A stretch of DNA of 50,622 nt, taken from Candidatus Opitulatrix roisinitermitis (GTDB lineage: Bacteria; Actinomycetota; Actinomycetes; Actinomycetales; Bifidobacteriaceae). The translations under genes and the position numbers were made by a program. Under the pieces are notes generated by a model. It saw only the letters and a program-made list of their open reading frames with translations. It had not been told where the DNA came from and did no database searches. The stretch covers positions 1-50,622 of the forward strand of contig JAITSD010000014.1 of assembly GCA_031288055.1 (NCBI GenBank), read 5' to 3'. This document shows positions 36,684-44,859 of this stretch, one piece after another. The stretch's first letter is position 1. Each line of letters starts with the position of its first letter.

Positions 36684-37535
36684 ATGGTGAAGTCTAATAA
36701 AGTTTTTCAAGGCGATAATTTATCAGTTTTAAAATCTATCAAAAATAACTCAATTGATTTGATTTATGTGGATCCGCCGTTTAACACAGGAGTTATTCAA
36801 ACTCGTAAGTTAAAAAAAGTTAAAAAAAGTGATAAAGGTACAATTACTGGGTTTAAAGGTCACACTTATGAACTTGAGGATGCTGGCTCATATTCATATT
36901 CTGATTCTTATTATAATTTTTTAGATTTTTTAAAACCCAGACTAGTTGAAGCTAAAAGAGTTTTAGCAAAAGGTGGAACTTTATATGTTCATTTAGATTT
37001 TCGTGAAGTTCATTATGTTAAGGTTTTTTTAGACACTTTATTTGGTCGTGAGAATTTTTTAAATGAAATTATTTGGGCTTATGATTATGGTGGTAAGGCA
37101 AAAACTAAATGGCCGACTAAACATGATACTATTTTAGTTTATGTTAAAGATATTAAAAATTATTATTTTTCTAGTGAGACTGTTGATAGAGAGCCTTATA
37201 TGGCTCCAGGATTGGTCACTAAGGAAAAAGCCCAAAGAGGTAAATTACCCACAGATGTTTGGTGGCATACTATTGTTCCTCCAACAGGTAAAGAAAAAAC
37301 TGGCTATCCTACTCAAAAACCTTTAGGTATTTTAAAGCGCATTATTGTAGCATCCTCTAGACCCCAAGATACTGTTTTAGATTTTTTTGCTGGTTCAGGT
37401 ACTACTGGTGAAGCAGCAGCCACTTTGGATAGGCATTTTATTTTAGTGGATGAAAACCCTGAAGCTGTTTTAGTAATTCGTAAAAGATTTGCTGCTAGGA
37501 TGCCGCAAATCCCTATAGAATATATTGAGACTTAA
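36684..37535 (+). CDS. Beta-class (motif IV before motif I) DNA methyltransferase, N6-adenine or N4-cytosine specific
   Basis: DPPF motif IV near the N-terminus (DLIYVDPPFN), HPTQKP-like YPTQKPLGIL, C-terminal SAM motif DFFAGSGTTGEAA. Collinear with CcrM/M.HinfI-type enzymes. The start is 2 nt after the Wzt stop. Confidence 0.85.
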   Translation: MVKSNKVFQGDNLSVLKSIKNNSIDLIYVDPPFNTGVIQTRKLKKVKKSDKGTITGFKGHTYELEDAGSYSYSDSYYNFLDFLKPRLVEAKRVLAKGGTLYVHLDFREVHYVKVFLDTLFGRENFLNEIIWAYDYGGKAKTKWPTKHDTILVYVKDIKNYYFSSETVDREPYMAPGLVTKEKAQRGKLPTDVWWHTIVPPTGKEKTGYPTQKPLGILKRIIVASSRPQDTVLDFFAGSGTTGEAAATLDRHFILVDENPEAVLVIRKRFAARMPQIPIEYIET

Positions 37536-37550
37536 TTTAGAAAGCTAAGA

Positions 37551-40355
37551 GTGGTAAAAGAAATATTCCATATTGGTCTAGATTTTATAAGAAAAGTTAT
37601 TTTTAAAATTAGATTTTTACGAATAGGTTGTCGTGTATTGGTTGGGTTTTGTCATAAAGTTAAAATCTTAAAGCCAAAAGTTTCGATAATTATAGCAGCC
37701 TATAATATAGAAGCATATATAGCTGAGTGTTTACAGTCTTTTGCTGATCAATATTTTATTAATTTAGAAATAATTGTTATAGATGATGGTTCCACAGATT
37801 TGACAGCCAAAATAATTCATCAATATAAAAAAAAAGACCCTCGGGTGCGGTTTTTTAAACAAGCGAATCAGGGTTTATCACAAGTTAGAAACAATGGTCT
37901 AAAATATGCTATTGGCGATTTTATATGTTTTGTAGATGGCGATGATAAAATGGAACGAAGCGCTATAAGTGACGCTGTTAATTCTTTACAGAAAACGCAC
38001 TCTGATTTTTCGGTGTCATATTATGTTAGAGAAATTGGCGGTAAGGTTGAACAATCTCCTAAAAAAGTTATATTGCCAGGTTATTGGATACAAGATATTC
38101 ATAATAAATATCGGCCTAAAACTTCAATTATTAAGTTCCCTAAATTAATGCAGAATACCACGGCTTGGGGTAAAGTTTTTAGAAAAGATTTTATTTTAAA
38201 AAATAATTTATCTTTTATGCCTAATATGTTATATGAAGATCAACCATATTTAGCTAAAGCTTATGCTTTAGCAACTAATGGTGTAGATATTTTAGATAAG
38301 GTTCATTATTTTTGGCGTTCAGTATCAACTTCGATTTCTAATCAAAGAGCCACAAATCGTGACATTGAAGCTAGAATTAAGGCTATAAAAATTTCTTTAG
38401 ATATTTATAAACAATATACTAATAAACAAGTTTATCAAAATCGCTTAGTGCAATATTTATCTCATGATTTTTTAGCTTCTCTAGGTGAATTGCCTTTAGT
38501 TAAAAATAAAACTGAGTGGTTAAATATTTTGCGTGAAGCAGTAATTTATTTGATGAATAATTTAGATAAAGAAAATTTAAATAAAATTTCACCTCTTTCT
38601 AGAATGATTTATCAGTTAATTATTAATCAGAAATATGGCGAGTTATTTGATTTCTATGATGAAACTTTTTTCAAAGATGATGCTTTATATATAAAAAATA
38701 AATCAGGTGTAGCTTATTTAGATATTGCTAAAACTTTTCTTCAGGCAAAAAATGCTTTAACTTTTGGCGATTTTCCAGTATCTGATGATATGGTTCATTT
38801 AATTAATAATCTTTATGCCATAAACCCTGCTGAAAGTGACAATAAATATTTTTGTATTTTGGGTTGGGCTTTTTTAACTTGTTTAGACCCAAAACTTTTT
38901 TCGTATAATTATTCTTTTATAGTTGACACAAAACCTATAACTTATGAGTTATTTAACTATACGGAGATTTTGCGACATGATATTTCACAAACTATTAATT
39001 ACTTGTCAACAGGTTTTAAAATTAAAATACCTCGCAATGCTAAAAGATTAATTATTAAGCTTTCAGCAGCTGGTTTTAGTCGCACTTTTTATGTTGATTT
39101 AAGATATCCAATTAAATATTTATTAGCTAAATTAGCAGGCAAAATTCAATCACCTATTTTAAAAGGAGATTGGCAAAAATCAGCCTTGTCAATTAATGAA
39201 TTGGGTTCTTATAATAGAGCTAGGTTTATTAGACAGCATAAAACGAAAGCTTATGGTTCGGTGGTGCCTAAAACAGTTTTATTTAGAACTTATTATGGTG
39301 AAAAATGTGTTGATTCGGCTTTGAGTTTACACCAGGATTTATATAATCGAGCCAAAGGGGTTTGGAAATTATATTGGGGCGTAGAGGATTTACAAGTTAA
39401 GGTTCCGCCTGGTGGTATTCCAGTGATTGTTGGTTCGGAAAAATGGTTTAGGATTTTATCAACTTGTGAAGTTTTAGTGGAAAATGTTCATCAAGTGGAA
39501 TATTTTTATAAACAAACAGACCAAAAGATTTTGCAAACTTTTCACGGTTATCCATTTAAACAGATGGGGCATAAAGATTGGCAGCTAAAACAAATGCCAG
39601 CTTACAGGTTTTATTCTTTTGATAGACGGGCAGCTCAATGGGATTGGGTTTTAGCACCAGCTCCTTATGCAGAACCATTATATAGAGAAGCTTTTAAATA
39701 TAAAGGAAATTTTATAGATACAGGGTATCCTAGAAATGATATATTTTTTGATAAATTAAAATGTCAAGCCATAAATAAACAAGTTAGAGCTAAATTAAAT
39801 ATTCCTTTAGATAAAAAAGTTATATTATATGCCCCAACTTATCGTGATTATTTGTCAAAGGATGAGTTTGAGGCTGATATGGTAAAAAATATTTTTAATT
39901 ATAAAAACTTTATGAATCGTTTAGGTCAAGATTTTGTTTTGTTAATTAGGGGACATATGATGAATGCTAGGTCTAAAATTAGTTTTGAGGAAAATCAGCA
40001 AATAAAAGATGTTACACAATGGGATGATATAAATGAGCTAATTATTATATCTGATTTAGCAGTTCTTGATTATTCATCCATCAGATTTGATTATGCTCAA
40101 ACGCGTAAGCCGATGATATTTTTTGTGCCAGATTTAGATAGATATAAGAATAGCCGGACTTTTTTATTGCCTTATGGTAAAACTGCACCTGGTCCCAAAG
40201 TTTATACTGAATCCCAATTAATTAAAGCTATTTTATCGGCGGATAGTTGGCACAAAAAATATCAAAAACCATATAGAGAATTTTTAAATCAATTCACACC
40301 AAATGAAGACGGACACGCTACTCAAAGAGTTAATAAAATAGTTTTTGGTGTTTAG
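37551..40355 (+). CDS. Bifunctional GT2 glycosyltransferase / CDP-glycerol glycerophosphotransferase (TagF-like)
   Basis: N-terminal GT2 (VSIIIAAYNIEAYI, VIDDGSTD, FVDGDD). The C-terminal about 380 aa resemble TagB/TagF (TFHGYPFKQMG, YPRNDIFF, ILYAPTYRD, LDYSSIRFDY). GTG start uncertain. Confidence 0.8.
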   Translation: MVKEIFHIGLDFIRKVIFKIRFLRIGCRVLVGFCHKVKILKPKVSIIIAAYNIEAYIAECLQSFADQYFINLEIIVIDDGSTDLTAKIIHQYKKKDPRVRFFKQANQGLSQVRNNGLKYAIGDFICFVDGDDKMERSAISDAVNSLQKTHSDFSVSYYVREIGGKVEQSPKKVILPGYWIQDIHNKYRPKTSIIKFPKLMQNTTAWGKVFRKDFILKNNLSFMPNMLYEDQPYLAKAYALATNGVDILDKVHYFWRSVSTSISNQRATNRDIEARIKAIKISLDIYKQYTNKQVYQNRLVQYLSHDFLASLGELPLVKNKTEWLNILREAVIYLMNNLDKENLNKISPLSRMIYQLIINQKYGELFDFYDETFFKDDALYIKNKSGVAYLDIAKTFLQAKNALTFGDFPVSDDMVHLINNLYAINPAESDNKYFCILGWAFLTCLDPKLFSYNYSFIVDTKPITYELFNYTEILRHDISQTINYLSTGFKIKIPRNAKRLIIKLSAAGFSRTFYVDLRYPIKYLLAKLAGKIQSPILKGDWQKSALSINELGSYNRARFIRQHKTKAYGSVVPKTVLFRTYYGEKCVDSALSLHQDLYNRAKGVWKLYWGVEDLQVKVPPGGIPVIVGSEKWFRILSTCEVLVENVHQVEYFYKQTDQKILQTFHGYPFKQMGHKDWQLKQMPAYRFYSFDRRAAQWDWVLAPAPYAEPLYREAFKYKGNFIDTGYPRNDIFFDKLKCQAINKQVRAKLNIPLDKKVILYAPTYRDYLSKDEFEADMVKNIFNYKNFMNRLGQDFVLLIRGHMMNARSKISFEENQQIKDVTQWDDINELIIISDLAVLDYSSIRFDYAQTRKPMIFFVPDLDRYKNSRTFLLPYGKTAPGPKVYTESQLIKAILSADSWHKKYQKPYREFLNQFTPNEDGHATQRVNKIVFGV

Positions 40356-40427
40356 ACTAAATTAAATTTTTAATAGAGTTTATTTAAAATCAAAAATAAT
40401 TTGCCAACCTATTTAAAAATAGCCTGT

Positions 40428-42080
40428 CTATTTAAAAATGGCATTATTAGTTCTTTGGCAGAAATTTTTATCATGCCATAAAAAAGACTCCTTATATCGC
40501 GATGTATATTTATGATTAATTTGTCCATTATTTTTTATAAGCTTTATTATTTCATGGCTAGTTTTAGCAACTGTGGTGGTAATAGGGCCTAAACCATTAT
40601 TTTTATATGTCCAAAAAGGTTGTTCGTATTTTTGATTGATAAAAAAAGTTTTATTGTCAAATTGACTATAAATTATAGAAGCTCCTGTATAAGCAAAATC
40701 GTAAAAAATACTAGAATAATCGGTTACAAATATATTAGTTTGGTTAATTATTTTAGAAAAATTATAAGGCGGTTTAGGCAGAATAACCCTTTTAGAATAA
40801 GAGGAAAAATCTTTAATTTGTCTAGTTAAACTGGGGTGAATTATAAATTGTAATTGATAATCTGATTTGTCTAATTGCTGAAGCAATTTTTTATCGTTTA
40901 AAAGAGAATTATAGAATTTAAAAAATTCAGTGCTTTTGAAACCGCTATAATAGGCTCTTTGTCCGTTAATATATTTATCGGGTAATAAAAACTTTCGCCA
41001 AGTTGGCATAATTGTAATTAATTTTTGTTTACTTTCTAAATTGTAGTTTAAATAATCATATCGTGGTTGTCCTGTTAAAATAATTTCATTATCGAAAAAA
41101 TGATAATCTAAATCTTTTAGAGATTTAGCCTCTTTGTTATTACTTGCTATAAAAGAATAAAAATTTTGCTTTTCTTTATTTATAGATTTGGACATATCAT
41201 CTTTTATGGTGCCGTGCTGCAAAAATATATATTCTAAATTAACTAGTCCAAAATATAGTCTTACGTCCATTTTTGTAAAAAAGTTTGGTTTAGCTGGATT
41301 AAGATATTTACCAAATGGCTGATAAATCCATTCGTCAAACGAGGATGAAATAATTTTTTGACAATTAAAAAATTTGAAGAAGTGTTTTATAGAAAAAGGT
41401 TCTATAATTTTAAAACCAGTATTTTTTAATCGTTGTCCTTCCAGGCTTTGTTTTCTAATAAGAAAATTTAACTTGAGTTTTCTTTGTGAATTTTTATCTA
41501 AATATTTGTATAAAGCTTCGCCATTATCAGAAGCGTGATTTAACCTATCAGATAATAAAATGACTGGTTGACTTATGGTGCGGTAAAGTCTAATTGCCGT
41601 TCTAAATATAAAACATATAAAAGTATCTTTTAGAGTATATTCTTTTTTAATATTGCATAAAAATCTAATTTCTCGAATTAAAACATTTAGTTTTTTTTGC
41701 CGTTTGATAGTTATTTGATAATCGTTATGATTAAAAACAAATCCGTTCTGTTGTTTATAGCAATGTGGTAGGCGGGAAAGTAAGGATTGATAGGTATAGT
41801 CAATTTTTAATTTTTTACCATTTTTTATAATACTAAAATTGATTAAATTGCTTATAGTAAATTCTAAATAATAACCCCAAAAAACTGTTTTAGTATTATC
41901 ATTATTATTTTGTAAATCATGTCTTAAATATTTTTTATATTTGGTAACTTTTTGATTAACTAAAAATTGAATATCGTCTGATTTATTTTTAAGTTGGCAA
42001 TTATGAATGTAAACTTGGATGGTTTTTTTATCTTTTTTAAATTGAATTATATCAACATAAAAAGTTTTATCAACATTCAT
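40428..42080 (-). CDS. CDP-glycerol glycerophosphotransferase family protein (TagB/TagF-like)
   Basis: FLQHGTIKDDMS, GQPRYDYL, ITIMPTWRK, VTDYSSIFYDFAY are typical of Glyphos_transf enzymes. TGaTAAAAT lies 6 nt upstream of the ATG. Confidence 0.75.
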   Translation of the reverse strand: MNVDKTFYVDIIQFKKDKKTIQVYIHNCQLKNKSDDIQFLVNQKVTKYKKYLRHDLQNNNDNTKTVFWGYYLEFTISNLINFSIIKNGKKLKIDYTYQSLLSRLPHCYKQQNGFVFNHNDYQITIKRQKKLNVLIREIRFLCNIKKEYTLKDTFICFIFRTAIRLYRTISQPVILLSDRLNHASDNGEALYKYLDKNSQRKLKLNFLIRKQSLEGQRLKNTGFKIIEPFSIKHFFKFFNCQKIISSSFDEWIYQPFGKYLNPAKPNFFTKMDVRLYFGLVNLEYIFLQHGTIKDDMSKSINKEKQNFYSFIASNNKEAKSLKDLDYHFFDNEIILTGQPRYDYLNYNLESKQKLITIMPTWRKFLLPDKYINGQRAYYSGFKSTEFFKFYNSLLNDKKLLQQLDKSDYQLQFIIHPSLTRQIKDFSSYSKRVILPKPPYNFSKIINQTNIFVTDYSSIFYDFAYTGASIIYSQFDNKTFFINQKYEQPFWTYKNNGLGPITTTVAKTSHEIIKLIKNNGQINHKYTSRYKESFLWHDKNFCQRTNNAIFK

Positions 42081-42086
42081 AATATT

Positions 42087-42095
42087 ATTTTATCA
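42087..42095 (-). promoter_or_regulatory. Extended -10 promoter (TGaTAAAAT) 6 nt from the TagF-like ATG 42080; predicted leaderless
   Basis: The minus strand reads gaTGaTAAAATaatattATG. Confidence 0.45.
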
Positions 42096-42134
42096 TCGTC
42101 AATTTTTTTGTGAGACATATATATAATCGCCGTG

Positions 42135-42140
42135 TATAAT
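42135..42140 (+). promoter_or_regulatory. -10 hexamer TATAAT 6 nt from ATG 42147
   Basis: gtgTATAATataattATG. Supports ATG 42147 rather than GTG 42132 as the start. Confidence 0.35.
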
Positions 42141-42146
42141 ATAATT

Positions 42147-42428
42147 ATGAGTTTGACGAAAACTTTAAGTATATTGTTTAAAGAAAGAAAAAGCAATCAG
42201 TTTTTAACTAGTATGAGACCTAATCTAGGTAAGTTTTTGACGATTATAACGGTTGTTTGGCTAGTAGTTTTAATAGTAGTTTATATTTTGAGAAATATGG
42301 GTTTGCCTTTAGACATATTTGTTAGAATTTGTTTATGTGGTGTTTTTGTGGGTTTATTTTTGTGCTTTTGGGAAAAAGCCTCTCGTTATAGTAGGCAGAA
42401 AACTAATAAATCAAATGAAAATAGTTAG
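42147..42428 (+). CDS. Small 2-TM membrane protein
   Basis: The ORF is open from GTG 42132. ATG 42147 is preferred because TATAAT lies exactly 6 nt upstream. Two hydrophobic segments and a basic tail. The 3' end overlaps the rnhA start by 14 nt. Confidence 0.4.
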   Translation: MSLTKTLSILFKERKSNQFLTSMRPNLGKFLTIITVVWLVVLIVVYILRNMGLPLDIFVRICLCGVFVGLFLCFWEKASRYSRQKTNKSNENS

Positions 42429-42936
42429 CACTGACGGTTCGTCATTATCAAATCCGGGATCTATCGGCTGGGCATGGGCTGATAGAAATGGCAATTTTGG
42501 TGTTGGCGGAAACTTCAAAGGAACGAACCAAATAGCTGAATTAAGTGCTTTATTAGAAGCTTTACGCAGTTTTAGAAACACCAAGGATTTATTAATTGAA
42601 TCAGATTCTCAATATGCCATAAATTGTGCTTCAATATGGCTTAAAAAATGGCGGATTAACGGTTGGAAGGGTTCCAACAAAAAGCAAATATCTAATATTA
42701 ATTTAATTCAAGCTATTAATTTAGAAATGCTGGCTCGTCAAGATAGGGTTGAATTTAAATGGGTTAAAGGGCATTCGGGGGATGAATATAATGAAAAAGT
42801 TGATAAATTGGCTAATCAAGCAGCTAGGAAATGGCAGGCTGGTGAGTCATTTGGCACTATGCCACCTGAGGCTTATAATGATATAAATAAAAATAATAAT
42901 CAAAATAACCTATTTAATCAAAGTTCTTTATTTTAA
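42415..42936 (+). CDS. rnhA: Ribonuclease HI
   Basis: The RNase H fold signature starts right at MKIVSTDGSSLSNPG (catalytic D), followed by TNQIAELSALLEAL (E), ESDSQY (D) and KGHSGDEYNEKVDKLA (H, D). The ORF-track start at 42319 adds 32 hydrophobic residues with no homology and is probably not used. Confidence 0.85.
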   Translation: MKIVSTDGSSLSNPGSIGWAWADRNGNFGVGGNFKGTNQIAELSALLEALRSFRNTKDLLIESDSQYAINCASIWLKKWRINGWKGSNKKQISNINLIQAINLEMLARQDRVEFKWVKGHSGDEYNEKVDKLANQAARKWQAGESFGTMPPEAYNDINKNNNQNNLFNQSSLF

Positions 42937-42972
42937 ATTTAAGTTTTATTTTGTTAAAAAAATGTGTATTTT

Positions 42973-44859
42973 TTAGCGATAAATCCGGCGAGATTTTTTA
43001 TCTGGCGTGCCTGCTAAACGGTGATAATAGGTGTTTAAAAAATCTCGCCAATTTTTAGCAGATCTTAATTGTTTTTGTAATTTATCAAATACACTTTGCC
43101 AATTTTCTTGCCAGAGTTTAAGTTCTAAATTAGATAGTTTTTGATTTTGTATTTTTTTCCAATTAACAATATATTTTTTCACGGTTTCAACACCTTCAAA
43201 GTGAGTATCATAGATATGTTGAATTACCGTTTTGCCCGATTTTAAAAGTTTTTTAAACGGCACAAAGTGAAAAAAGGCTAGCAGTTCTTCAGGACATTTA
43301 TCAATATCAGTATATTTTTTGGCCACAACTGGCAAATATTGTTCTGTATAACCTGTGCCTGATTTGGTTCTATCTATACCAAAGCCATCACGATTAGGGA
43401 ATTGATATATTCCCCAGCGGTCATATTCGTAGCCTTCAGGAAAAGGGTCGTAATGATAACCTGGGTTACACATAGCAGATGGTGTGCCCAAAGGAGCTGT
43501 ATAGTTACGATATGTTTGGCGGCTGGTAAGTAGAATATTATAAATAGTTTGTTTAGCCAAATTGTTTAATTCGGGAAACGATAATTCAATCCATTCTTTG
43601 GCAATTTGTTTGGCTGTAAGAGAATTATCCCAAGCCATTCTACCATAGGCGTATAAATTAGCTTGAGCTAGTTTATGTCCTGTCCAGTTAGCATCTGTAC
43701 CAACATTTCCTACAGCTGATATTCCTGAATTTGTAGCGACAGGCGATGTTTCAGGTATTATTTTAGACAATTTATTTTCACCATCTGCTAGAGTTTTATA
43801 GATTTCTTGCCAAATAGGAGCTAAATAGCAAATATGTTGTTGTTGACCAGTATATTCTTGTGTTATTTGAAACTCCATAATTTTATTAGTTTTAGTTAGT
43901 CGACTAAAAAGGGGTGATATAGGCTCATTTATTTGGAAATCAGCTGGCCCATATTTTATTTGTAATGCTACATTACTATCAAATTGTCCATCTAAAGGGA
44001 AAAAGTTTTCAAAAGCCGATTTCATTCTGTCAACTTTATATTCACCAGCTGCTCGCCAATCTTGATAGTGATTATAAACAAAACATCGCCATATAACAAG
44101 TCCTTTATATTTTTTAATAGCTTTGGCCAAAACATTAGCTCCATCAGCGTGATTTCTGTTATATTGATATGGACCAGGTTCGCCCTCAGCATCGGCTTTA
44201 ACTAAAAATCCACCAAAATTAGGAACTGCTTTATATATTTGGTTAGCAGTTTTTTCCCAAAAATTAATCACTTTTGGATTAAGTGGATCGCTGGTTTCTA
44301 GACCTCCAACAATTTTGGGTGCCGCAAAGTTTATAGAAATAAAAGTTTTAATATTATGCTGAGCAAAAATATCGGTGATTATTTTTATATTATCTAGATT
44401 ATTGTTTTTATTTGTTATGAAAAACCTAGCATTCTCACGAACATTGACATTATTTATAGAAATTGCATTTATTCTTATACTTTGTAAAAGTTCGGCATAC
44501 TGTTTTATAAGTTTCCAATCTTTGCGAAATTTGTTGCCGTCAAAAAAAATGCTTCTGCCAGCATAACCTCGTTCCACAGTGCCGTTAAAATTGTCCCAAT
44601 GGTCTATCATACGAATTGTTTGATCGGGTTTGTTTTTCCAAGAAATGTTGTTTAATCTTATATCTTTATTATTTTGTTTAATATTTTGCCAATTTGGGTA
44701 GTCTTTTTTTAACCAACATAAATCGCGTTGACCCGTAGCAGATAAAACTGGCACTTTTTTAATAACATTTTTTTCTTGATAGGTTTCGTCCATCCAAGGA
44801 CTTAAAGGTGGTTGCATAGCCATAATTTTTTTACTCCCCTGTCCAAACATATTTGTCAT
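42973..44859 (-). CDS. aguA: Alpha-glucuronidase, GH67, with shortened N-terminal domain
   Basis: Collinear with Geobacillus AguA as recalled: HWDNFNGTVERGYAGRSIFF, INAISINNVNV, FLVKADAEGEPGP, VIWRCFVYN, EFQITQEYTGQQ, NWTGHKLAQANLY, VIQHIYDTHFEGVE. No signal peptide. In-frame ATGs at codons 13 and 15 are alternative starts that remove the overlap with the transporter gene. Confidence 0.85.
   Translation of the reverse strand: MTNMFGQGSKKIMAMQPPLSPWMDETYQEKNVIKKVPVLSATGQRDLCWLKKDYPNWQNIKQNNKDIRLNNISWKNKPDQTIRMIDHWDNFNGTVERGYAGRSIFFDGNKFRKDWKLIKQYAELLQSIRINAISINNVNVRENARFFITNKNNNLDNIKIITDIFAQHNIKTFISINFAAPKIVGGLETSDPLNPKVINFWEKTANQIYKAVPNFGGFLVKADAEGEPGPYQYNRNHADGANVLAKAIKKYKGLVIWRCFVYNHYQDWRAAGEYKVDRMKSAFENFFPLDGQFDSNVALQIKYGPADFQINEPISPLFSRLTKTNKIMEFQITQEYTGQQQHICYLAPIWQEIYKTLADGENKLSKIIPETSPVATNSGISAVGNVGTDANWTGHKLAQANLYAYGRMAWDNSLTAKQIAKEWIELSFPELNNLAKQTIYNILLTSRQTYRNYTAPLGTPSAMCNPGYHYDPFPEGYEYDRWGIYQFPNRDGFGIDRTKSGTGYTEQYLPVVAKKYTDIDKCPEELLAFFHFVPFKKLLKSGKTVIQHIYDTHFEGVETVKKYIVNWKKIQNQKLSNLELKLWQENWQSVFDKLQKQLRSAKNWRDFLNTYYHRLAGTPDKKSRRIYR

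Noticed and set aside
35896-40355. Restriction-modification system around the methyltransferase
   Set aside because: The flanking ORFs have unambiguous ABC-ATPase and GT2/TagF motifs. No unassigned ORF is available to encode an endonuclease or specificity subunit.
42319-42414. 32-residue N-terminal extension of RNase HI suggested by the ORF track
   Set aside because: The RNase H domain begins precisely at ATG 42415 (MKIVSTDGS...). The extension overlaps the upstream small membrane ORF in another frame and has no homology-like features.
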